This document shows, piece after piece, positions 1 through 7,443 of a stretch of DNA of 14,507 nt. The position numbers and the translations under genes were made by a program. The notes under the pieces are model-generated. The model did not search any database, had not been told where the DNA came from, and saw only the letters and a program-made list of their open reading frames with translations. Origin of the DNA: Pseudomonadota bacterium (GTDB lineage Bacteria > UBA10199 > 2-02-FULL-44-16 > JAAZCA01); the NCBI GenBank assembly GCA_043822785.1, contig JBDRBN010000005.1:1-14507 (forward strand), read 5' to 3'. Numbering within the stretch: the stretch's first letter is position 1; every line of letters starts with the position of its first letter.

Positions 1-16
1 TATAACCTCTGTTTGC

Positions 17-55
17 GGGAGATTGCTTCGTCGCTAAACGCTCCTCGCAATGACA
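17..55 (-). repeat. REP-like palindromic repeat arm (GTCATTGCGAG family)
   Basis: The reverse complement, TGTCATTGCGAGGAGCGTTTAGCGACGAAGCAATCTCCC, matches the element at 7111-7168 and shares its terminus with the arms at 5012-5059. Confidence 0.8.
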
Positions 56-120
56 CCTAGACATGAGAAAAATGAATTCTTATATTTCAACCAGTTAACA
101 CCTCTAACGCGACAGCAGTG

Positions 121-166
121 AGAATTTTGGATTTGTTTAGAAATTAGGATTTAGAATTTGGGATTT
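121..166 (-). repeat. Heptamer array, family A (4x7 + 11-nt spacer + 7)
   Basis: The minus strand reads AAATCCC AAATTCT AAATCCT AATTTCT AAACAAATCCA AAATTCT. Confidence 0.7.
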
Positions 167-207
167 CATAGGTAATGATTCTAACTTCTATCAATTAAGG
201 AATCTAC

Positions 208-1284
208 ATGCTCTACTATCTTCTATATCCACTGCACACCGAGTTCATCGGCTTTAATGTGGTGCGCTACATAACCTTCAGGGCGTTTATGGCTACGTTT
301 ACCGCCATGGTCCTATACTTCCTGTTCGGAAAGCGCATGATAGCCTATCTCACCAATAAACAGTTTTGGCAAAGCGTGCGGGATGATGGTCCTGTCTCGC
401 ACATGGACAAGAGGGGCACTCCCACTATGGGAGGGCTATTGCTCTGGATCTCGGTGTTCATATCTACACTTCTGTGGTCGCGCTTTCAGGAACCATTCGT
501 GCTCTTAGCCATATGCATTGTGCTGTGCTATGGGCTGATAGGATTTCTAGATGATTACAGAAAGGTGATTCTAAGAGATGCTAAGGGCCTAAGGGCACGT
601 TGGAAGCTGCCGCTGCAGTTAGCAGTTGCCACAATAGCCATGCTCGTGCTCTTCGATACCATAGGCCTTTCCCGCGACTTGTCAGTCCCGTTCTTCAAAG
701 GGTTTAACCCAAATCTTGGGTGGGCATACATACCGTTTAGCGTATTTGTAGTCGTTGGCGCTTCAAACGCGGTAAATCTAACCGACGGGCTCGATGGTCT
801 GGTTAGCGTGCCTTCCATAGTTGCTTTTTTGGCATATGCAATCCTCGCCTACATAGCAAGCCACGCTGCCATATCTAACTACCTGGCTGTTCAATCTGTG
901 CCAGGCAGCGGTGAGCTAGCAGTGATGTGCGGTGCTGTGGTTGGAGCCTGCGTGGGTTTTCTTTGGTATAACGCACATCCCGCTTCGATCTTCATGGGCG
1001 ATGTGGGTTCGCTCCCCCTGGGAGCACTTTTAGGGTACGTTGCTGTGGTCACAAAAAACGAGATATTGCTCGTCCTGATCGGAGGGATTTTTGTTTTAGA
1101 AACAATATCGGTCATCACACAGGTCGTATCATTTAAGTTGACCGGCAAGCGCGTCTTTAGGATGGCGCCTCTTCATCATCATTTTGAATTAAAAGGGTGG
1201 AGCGAATCCAAAGTGATAGTTCGCTTTTGGATCATAGCTATAATATTAGCTTTGGCATCGCTGTCGACGCTGAAGCTGAGATAG
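208..1284 (+). CDS. mraY: Phospho-N-acetylmuramoyl-pentapeptide transferase
   Basis: 358 aa membrane protein with KRGTPTMGG, GFLDDY, SNAVNLTDGLDGL, FMGDVGS and MAPLHHHFELKGW motifs. AAGGA lies upstream of the ATG. Confidence 0.98.
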   Translation: MLYYLLYPLHTEFIGFNVVRYITFRAFMATFTAMVLYFLFGKRMIAYLTNKQFWQSVRDDGPVSHMDKRGTPTMGGLLLWISVFISTLLWSRFQEPFVLLAICIVLCYGLIGFLDDYRKVILRDAKGLRARWKLPLQLAVATIAMLVLFDTIGLSRDLSVPFFKGFNPNLGWAYIPFSVFVVVGASNAVNLTDGLDGLVSVPSIVAFLAYAILAYIASHAAISNYLAVQSVPGSGELAVMCGAVVGACVGFLWYNAHPASIFMGDVGSLPLGALLGYVAVVTKNEILLVLIGGIFVLETISVITQVVSFKLTGKRVFRMAPLHHHFELKGWSESKVIVRFWIIAIILALASLSTLKLR

Positions 1285-1366
1285 TAATCAGTAACCAGTG
1301 ATCAGTGATCAGTAAAACCTGGCAAACAAAAACTGATCACTGATAACTGATTACTGGTCACTGAAC
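1283..1366. repeat. Inverted pair of heptamer arrays, family B (AGTRAYC), forming an imperfect long hairpin
   Basis: Left arm AGTAATC AGTAACC AGTGATC AGTGATC AGTAA (1283-1315); right arm ACTGATC ACTGATA ACTGATT ACTGGTC ACTGAAC (1332-1366). Confidence 0.9.
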
Positions 1367-1369
1367 ATT

Positions 1370-2761
1370 ATGGATCTCAAAGATAAAAAAGTCTTGGTCA
1401 TAGGCTTGGGGCGTTCTGGCATCGCAGCAGCTCGCTACTTAGCAAATGAAGGCGCCTGTGTTATCGCAGCAGATATAAAGGATGCCAGCGAGCTGACACA
1501 GGCTATCTCCGCTCTGAAAGGCATGGGGGTCAAGTTCAGGTTTGGACATGACAGCCTAAAGCTAGATGACACTTGCGATATGATCGTAGCGAGTCCGGGC
1601 GTACCGCTTGATCTGCCAGGTCTTACCCTCCTTCGCGCTAAAGGCATACCCATAATCGGGGAACTCGAACTCGCATCTTACAAAATCACTCGCCCTATCA
1701 TAGCGGTCACCGGAACTAACGGAAAAACCACCACGACTTCGCTGATCGGACATCTTTTGAATAAAGCAGGGATATCCGCGTGCGTTGCGGGCAATATCGG
1801 AACACCCCTCATCGATGTCATAGATGAAGCGCAGCGTTCTGATTATGTTGTGGTCGAGGTGTCAAGCTTCCAGATGGATACCGCTCCAACTTTTCCTGCG
1901 CATATAGCCGTATGGCTCAACGCCACTTGCGACCATATCGATAGACATGGCACGTTTGAGAATTATGTTGCGAGCAAAGCAAAGCTCTTCGCACAGATGC
2001 CAAGTCATGGCATAGGCATCTATAATGCTGCAGATGACTCAGTATCACACGCAGTCACGGCATCATCATGCAAGCTCATCCCATTTGATGCGACGGGCAA
2101 TCTGTTGGCGCGCGCACATCATCATCATGGAACGGCTGATGGGTTTGCGTGGTACGAAAGCGGCAGCCTGTGCGTACGCATAGGTGCGGAAACTGCACAT
2201 CGCTACCCATTATCCAAAACAACGCTTCCAGGCCCACACAACAGGGAGAACATGCTCGCTGCCCTTTTGGCTGCACGGCTCGCTGGCGCATCATACGATG
2301 CCCTGATCAGCGGTCTTTTAAGCTTTGCCGGGCTTGCCCACAGAGTGCAGTTCATAGGTGAGCACATGGGCGTTCGTTATTTCGACGATTCAAAAGGCAC
2401 CAACGTGGGGGCAACCATGAGGGCGCTGGATGTATTTTCAGAGCCAGTAGTTCTCATCGCAGGAGGCAGGTCAAAGGGTACCGACTTCTCTCCTCTTGCG
2501 CCCCAGATCAAAGGCAAGGTCAAAAAACTCATCCTCATCGGCGAAGCTGCTGATGAGATGCAAACTATATTTGGCATGCACACGAGCACAACCAAAGCAG
2601 ACTCCATGGACGAAGCTGTTAAAAAAGCAAGTATCGCAGCAGAAGTCGGGGATGTGGTTCTGCTTTCACCAGCATGTGCCAGCTTTGACATGTTTAAAGA
2701 CTATGCTGAAAGAGGAAACGCTTTTTCAGATGCAGTGATGAGGCTTTCGAAAAAAACATGA
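1370..2761 (+). CDS. murD: UDP-N-acetylmuramoyl-L-alanine--D-glutamate ligase
   Basis: GLGRSG, SPGVP, AVTGTNGKTTT P-loop, EVSSFQ, DHIDRH, DDSKGTN and LLSPACASFDMF motifs. Confidence 0.97.
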   Translation: MDLKDKKVLVIGLGRSGIAAARYLANEGACVIAADIKDASELTQAISALKGMGVKFRFGHDSLKLDDTCDMIVASPGVPLDLPGLTLLRAKGIPIIGELELASYKITRPIIAVTGTNGKTTTTSLIGHLLNKAGISACVAGNIGTPLIDVIDEAQRSDYVVVEVSSFQMDTAPTFPAHIAVWLNATCDHIDRHGTFENYVASKAKLFAQMPSHGIGIYNAADDSVSHAVTASSCKLIPFDATGNLLARAHHHHGTADGFAWYESGSLCVRIGAETAHRYPLSKTTLPGPHNRENMLAALLAARLAGASYDALISGLLSFAGLAHRVQFIGEHMGVRYFDDSKGTNVGATMRALDVFSEPVVLIAGGRSKGTDFSPLAPQIKGKVKKLILIGEAADEMQTIFGMHTSTTKADSMDEAVKKASIAAEVGDVVLLSPACASFDMFKDYAERGNAFSDAVMRLSKKT

Positions 2762-3882
2762 TGGAAGAATTCGAACATCAAAGAGTTCATCTCGACTCCA
2801 CCTTGCTCTTCTGCGTAATACTGCTCGTGGGCATAGGGGTCTTTATGAACTATAGCGCCAGCGCGGTGCTGGCTCGCGAGCGTTTCGGCGATAGCTACTT
2901 CTTTCTCAAGAGGACGCTTCTTTTCTGCTGTCTTGGATTTGGCGGAATGGCTATCACCACGCGTTTTGAGTACAGGCGATATCGCACGATCGTCTACCCC
3001 ATCTTGTTTGCCACGCTAGTACTCGTGGGATTGGTCTTCATGCCAGGCATAGGCAAGACTATAAGCGGAGCCACGCGTTGGATAAACTTGGGTGTGTTCG
3101 CGTTTCAGCCGTCTGAAGCAGCCAAGATTGCTATGATCATATTCCTGGCATATTCCCTGGAAAAAAAATCAGGAAAGATAAAGAGCTTTGGAGTGGGATT
3201 TGTACCACACATACTGTTCATGACGGTTGTAGCATCGTGCATACTTCTACAGAAGGACTTTGGAGCAGCTGCTACCATAGCAGCGATCACGTGGCTCATG
3301 ATGTTCGTTGCAGGCGTGAGGATGCCTTACCTCTTTGGAATGCTGGCAGCAGCTTTGCCTTTGGCCGTCATGCTGGTAGCTAGCTCGGAATACAGGCGGC
3401 GTCGCATCCTGGCTTTTTTGAACCCATGGGATGATCAGTATGGATCTGGTTTTCAGATGATCCAGTCGTTTGTGGCATTTAACGAAGGCGGATGGTTTGG
3501 AAAGGGCTTAGGCCAAGGCCAGCAAAAGCTCTTCTACCTGCCCGAAGCGCATACGGATTTTATCTTTTCGGTAATCGGAGAGGAGATGGGCCTTGTTGGA
3601 ATAGTTCTTGTGATATCGCTGTTTGGCTTTTTTTGTTACCGCGGCTTTATAATAGCGCTGCGCGCTCCAGACTTATTTGGTCGACATCTGGCTCTGGGTT
3701 GCACGCTGCTAATCGCGCTGGAAGCTGTGCTCAATATGGGTGTGGTGATGGGCATTTTTCCAACAAAGGGACTGGCCCTTCCATTTATAAGTTACGGAGG
3801 GTCATCGCTTGTAATCTCGCTCATAGCCGTTGGCATACTGCTCAACATATCCACATATAAACGAGTTGAGCGAAGCTGGTAA
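2758..3882 (+). CDS. ftsW: SEDS-family peptidoglycan glycosyltransferase FtsW
   Basis: GATRWI, FQPSEAAK, YLPEAHTDFIF and LPFISYGGSS motifs. Sits between murD and murG, with an ATGA overlap on the murD stop. Confidence 0.96.
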   Translation: MMEEFEHQRVHLDSTLLFCVILLVGIGVFMNYSASAVLARERFGDSYFFLKRTLLFCCLGFGGMAITTRFEYRRYRTIVYPILFATLVLVGLVFMPGIGKTISGATRWINLGVFAFQPSEAAKIAMIIFLAYSLEKKSGKIKSFGVGFVPHILFMTVVASCILLQKDFGAAATIAAITWLMMFVAGVRMPYLFGMLAAALPLAVMLVASSEYRRRRILAFLNPWDDQYGSGFQMIQSFVAFNEGGWFGKGLGQGQQKLFYLPEAHTDFIFSVIGEEMGLVGIVLVISLFGFFCYRGFIIALRAPDLFGRHLALGCTLLIALEAVLNMGVVMGIFPTKGLALPFISYGGSSLVISLIAVGILLNISTYKRVERSW

Positions 3883-3909
3883 AAAAACAGAAGCTAGATA
3901 TAAAAACAA

Positions 3910-5010
3910 ATGAGTGTTTCTAAGAAAAACAAAGATGTGATCATAGCTGCCGGCGGAACTGGCGGACACGTTTTTTCTGGCATAGCCATTGCCGAGGAGA
4001 TGAGGCGCGCTGATCCATCCGTGCGCATATGTTTTGCCGGCACGGCAAGAGGGCTTGAGTCCAGCATAATGCCCAAACTCGGTTGGCCGCTCATGCTCGT
4101 GGGTGCGCATTCCATAAAGGACAAGCGAGGCATAAGAAGAATCATGGCATGGCTTAACGTGCCTTTCTCCATAGCGAGAGCGCTGGCGATCCTTCTGTCA
4201 AAAAAGCCCTCGCTCGTGGTAAGCATTGGCGGTTATGCTGCTGGTCCGCTCGTAGTCGCAGCGTGGATTCTATGGATACCAGTTGCTCTTGTAGAACCCA
4301 ATGCAATACCGGGCATGACAAACCGCATGCTTGGCAGGTTTGCAAAAAAGGTCTTCATAACGTTTGAACAAGCTAAGGGCTTTTTTGCAAAAAAGAAGAC
4401 CATGCTCACAGGAACACCGTTGCGCAAAGAAGTGCTTGAGACAACAAAGGCTAAGCCAGCTTTTGAAAAAGAAAACACCCTCTTTGTGTTTGGCGGATCC
4501 CAAGGAGCTATGACATTAAATAGGGCAATGATTGGAGCAGCAAGTTTACTCAAAGATATAGCAGGTGGCGTGAAGGTAATACATCAGGTGGGAGCGAACA
4601 GCGATCTTTCCAAGATAGAAGCTGCGTATAAAACAGCCGGCATAGAAGCAGAGGTGATGCCCTTCTGCGATAGGATCTGGGAGTGTTATGAAAAAGCAGA
4701 CATGGTCATCGCTCGCTCCGGCGCAATTACGATTGCTGAAGTTTCAGCGCTTGGCATTCCATCAATACTCGTGCCCTACCCTTATGCAGCAGACGATCAT
4801 CAGCGCGCCAATGCCAAAGCTTTGGTAAATGCAGGCGGCGCTGTGTTGATCGAAGATTCAGAATGCACCGGAGAAAGACTAGCGCAAGAGATAGCAAACA
4901 TGTTAGGCGATTCAAAAAATCTTAAGTCTATGGGAGAGGCTGCAGCATCTTTTGGAAAGAGGGATGCAGCGAAAAGAATCGCAGATGAGAGTTTAAAGCT
5001 GACAAATTAA
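3910..5010 (+). CDS. murG: Undecaprenyl-PP-MurNAc-pentapeptide GlcNAc transferase
   Basis: GGTGGH, GGY, EPNAIPG, GGSQGA, RSGA and DDHQRANA motifs. Confidence 0.97.
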   Translation: MSVSKKNKDVIIAAGGTGGHVFSGIAIAEEMRRADPSVRICFAGTARGLESSIMPKLGWPLMLVGAHSIKDKRGIRRIMAWLNVPFSIARALAILLSKKPSLVVSIGGYAAGPLVVAAWILWIPVALVEPNAIPGMTNRMLGRFAKKVFITFEQAKGFFAKKKTMLTGTPLRKEVLETTKAKPAFEKENTLFVFGGSQGAMTLNRAMIGAASLLKDIAGGVKVIHQVGANSDLSKIEAAYKTAGIEAEVMPFCDRIWECYEKADMVIARSGAITIAEVSALGIPSILVPYPYAADDHQRANAKALVNAGGAVLIEDSECTGERLAQEIANMLGDSKNLKSMGEAAASFGKRDAAKRIADESLKLTN

Positions 5011-5011
5011 T

Positions 5012-5059
5012 TTGTTATTGCGAGCCCTGCACCAGATGGTGCAGGGCTCGCAATGACAA
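5012..5059. repeat. Near-perfect 23-bp inverted repeat: REP-like arms around a CCCTGCACCA-GA-TGGTGCAGGG core
   Basis: TTGTTATTGCGAGCCCTGCACCA GA TGGTGCAGGGCTCGCAATGACAA, with one mismatch (U-G in RNA) and no following U-tract. Confidence 0.9.
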
Positions 5060-5071
5060 CGAGAGATAAAT

Positions 5072-6439
5072 ATGTTTAAGAAGTATAAACACATTCATTT
5101 TGTTGGCATAGGCGGCATAGGCATGAGCGGCATTGCCGAAGTGCTCATCAACCTGGGCTATCGCGTGAGCGGATCTGACGTCAAACGCGGCGAGACAACG
5201 CGCAGGCTCAAGAGGCTAGGTGCTAAGATATATTATGATCATAAGCGCTATAACATAGAGGGCTCACATGTGGTCGTGGTGTCATCTGCGGTCAAAGAGA
5301 CAAATCCAGAGGTAAAAGAAGCAAGAAAGCTTGGCATCGCAGTTGTGCCAAGGGCAGAGATGCTGGCTGAGCTCATGCGCCTAAAGTATGGAGTAGCTGT
5401 GGCTGGAACACATGGCAAGACATCCACGACATCTATCATAGGTCATCTGCTCGACTATGCTAAGTTTGATCCCACAGTCATCATCGGGGGCAAGGTAAAT
5501 AATCTAAGATCGAACGCAAGGCTTGGAAAAGGCAAATTTCTCGTTGCAGAAGCAGATGAATCTGATGGATCATTTTTAAAGCTAGCGCCGACCATCGGAG
5601 TGATAACAAACATCGATCCAGAGCACATGGAAAACTATCAAAGCTTTAACGATCTAAAGCGCGCTTTCGTGGAGTTCGCAAACAAGGTGCCGTTCTACGG
5701 TGCAGTGGTCGCATGCGCAAGCCATCCGACCGTGCGCAAAATCATTCCCTATGTTACCAGGCCCATCATCACATATGGAGATAGGGATGCCGACTACACT
5801 GCGCGCAAGATTACTCAGGATGGTGATAAGCTCAAGTTCGAAGCAGTCTACGCAGGAGAGCTTTTAGGAGAAGTATCGCTTCGCATGACCGGAGCTCACA
5901 ACGCGCTGAACGCCCTTGCAGCTATCGCTGTGGGCCGGCATCTGGACATCCCCTTTTCAACCATTAAGTCCGCACTCAAAGGATTCAAAGGCGTTGTCAG
6001 GCGTTTTCAAGTTCTGTCAAAGGTAGGACCCATCGTAGTTGATGATTATGCTCATCATCCGGTGGAAATAAAAGCTACAATAGACGCTGCGAAGTCAGGC
6101 TGGCCAACCAGGCGCATCGTGAGTGTTGTGCAGCCACATCGTTATTCAAGGCTGGCAAATCTCTTTGATGACTTTGTCACATCCGTAAAGGACGCAGATG
6201 CTGTTGTAGTGATGGATGTATATGCAGCAGGCGAGAGACCACGCAGAAATCACACAGGAGAGAGACTATGGCGAGAGATGTGCAAGAAATATCCCAAGAA
6301 GATGATTGCGTTTGCGCCGACGACACAAGAGGTTCAGTCAACGCTGGCACCATGGTGCACGAAGGAGGACTTGATCCTGTTCATGGGTGCGGGGAGCATA
6401 ACGATGACAGCGAAAATCTGCTCGAAGAGCTTGACCTGA
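5072..6439 (+). CDS. murC: UDP-N-acetylmuramate--L-alanine ligase
   Basis: HFVGIGGIGMSGIA, AGTHGKTST, EADESDGSF, DDYAHHP and QPHRYSR motifs. Confidence 0.98.
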   Translation: MFKKYKHIHFVGIGGIGMSGIAEVLINLGYRVSGSDVKRGETTRRLKRLGAKIYYDHKRYNIEGSHVVVVSSAVKETNPEVKEARKLGIAVVPRAEMLAELMRLKYGVAVAGTHGKTSTTSIIGHLLDYAKFDPTVIIGGKVNNLRSNARLGKGKFLVAEADESDGSFLKLAPTIGVITNIDPEHMENYQSFNDLKRAFVEFANKVPFYGAVVACASHPTVRKIIPYVTRPIITYGDRDADYTARKITQDGDKLKFEAVYAGELLGEVSLRMTGAHNALNALAAIAVGRHLDIPFSTIKSALKGFKGVVRRFQVLSKVGPIVVDDYAHHPVEIKATIDAAKSGWPTRRIVSVVQPHRYSRLANLFDDFVTSVKDADAVVVMDVYAAGERPRRNHTGERLWREMCKKYPKKMIAFAPTTQEVQSTLAPWCTKEDLILFMGAGSITMTAKICSKSLT

Positions 6440-7428
6440 TGGCGCTAAACCCAAGGCTGCGCGCAAAGCTTGAAAGACAACGTGAACAGGAAAAAAACAT
6501 AAGTCGCGAACAGCTCGAAGAGCTCGTGCGCCTTTTTTCCCAAGGATCTGTTTTTGTAAATGAGTCCACAGCAAATCACAGCGCAGCTCGGGTGGGTGGA
6601 GCTGTAGAAGCTTTCGTGACCACAAACGATATGGATGAGTTAAAGCGTGCTATCGCGTGGGCAAACGAGCTTTCAATTGAGTATCGCTTTTGGGGAACAG
6701 GCTCGTTTACACTCGTACGCGATGGCGGGCTTAGCGGCATCTTAATCAAACTAGGCGATGGCTTTAAGGATATAGCGGTGGAGCGCTCTTTTGAATCTGA
6801 GGTCTTTGTTTCAGCAGGAGCAGGTACAAAAGTATATGAGTTCACATCTTTCTGTAAAGCCCAGGGAATATCTGGTGCAGAACAACTTTGTGGAGCACAG
6901 GGGACCTTAGGCGGCCTGCTCTGTGCTCAAGCATCACCAGACGGAAAAACCCTCGAGGGTATGGTGGAGGAGATCACTATCATAACCCGCGAAGGACGTG
7001 AGCTCACGCTAAGGGGATCTGGGCTTCGGTTTGAAGAAGGTCGCCTTAAGATTCCGCGCACATCTTGCGTAACAAAAGCGCTCTTTAAGCTCTCGCGCGC
7101 ATGCGATTCCGTCATTGCGAGAAGCCCTTCGACGTTGCTCAGGGCAGGCTCCTGCGACGAAGCAATCCCATACGACACCCCCTGCTTCGCACTTGCATTC
7201 AAGAGCCCGTGCAAAACTTCTGCACAAATCTTGATAGACGAAGCTGGGCTTACAAGTGTGCGCGTTGGCAATGCAAGGGTATCTGCTGAAAACGCCTGCA
7301 CCATACAAAACGAAGGCGATGCCACGGCAAAGGACATAATAGTGCTCATCAGTTTAATTAAGGATCGAGTAAAACAAGCGTCGGGTATTCTGCTTGTGTC
7401 CACTATAGACATAGTAGGAAAGCGCTAA
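6439..7428 (+). CDS. murB: MurB-like protein (UDP-N-acetylenolpyruvoylglucosamine reductase fold), probably catalytically inactive
   Basis: Lies between murC and ddl with collinear remnants of MurB motifs (RVGG, GxGS-LVRDGG, AGAG, GTLGG, FKSP, LIDEAGL, GNARVS, N-G-ATAKDI). Start placed at ATG 6439 (TGATG overlap with the murC stop) rather than 6268. Key residues are substituted. Confidence 0.85.
   Translation: MALNPRLRAKLERQREQEKNISREQLEELVRLFSQGSVFVNESTANHSAARVGGAVEAFVTTNDMDELKRAIAWANELSIEYRFWGTGSFTLVRDGGLSGILIKLGDGFKDIAVERSFESEVFVSAGAGTKVYEFTSFCKAQGISGAEQLCGAQGTLGGLLCAQASPDGKTLEGMVEEITIITREGRELTLRGSGLRFEEGRLKIPRTSCVTKALFKLSRACDSVIARSPSTLLRAGSCDEAIPYDTPCFALAFKSPCKTSAQILIDEAGLTSVRVGNARVSAENACTIQNEGDATAKDIIVLISLIKDRVKQASGILLVSTIDIVGKR
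7111..7168 (+). repeat. In-frame REP-like element inside murB, containing a nested 24-bp hairpin (7125-7148)
   Basis: GTCATTGCGAGAAG[CCCTTCGACGTTGCTCAGGGCAGG]CTCCTGCGACGAAGCAATCC. The outer parts match the reverse complement of 17-55. Encodes VIARSPSTLLRAGSCDEAI. Confidence 0.85.
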
Positions 7429-7443
7429 AATAAGGAGCAGCGC

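Noticed and set aside
1283..1366. CRISPR array interpretation of the repeats
   Set aside because: Units are 7 bp in tandem with no unique spacers, and there are no cas genes in the window.
3888..3901. CAGAAGC TAGATAT as a family-C heptamer remnant between ftsW and murG
   Set aside because: Only two degenerate units, which could be chance.
5012..5059. Rho-independent terminator
   Set aside because: No U-tract on the sense strand, a mid-operon position, and arms that belong to a dispersed repeat family.
6268..6438. Longer murB start from the ORF track
   Set aside because: It overlaps murC by about 170 nt and has no MurB similarity. ATG 6439 gives a standard TGATG coupling.
6439..7428. murB as a classical pseudogene
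   Set aside because: No frameshift or internal stop, and tight coupling to both neighbours. Kept as a CDS with probable loss of catalysis.
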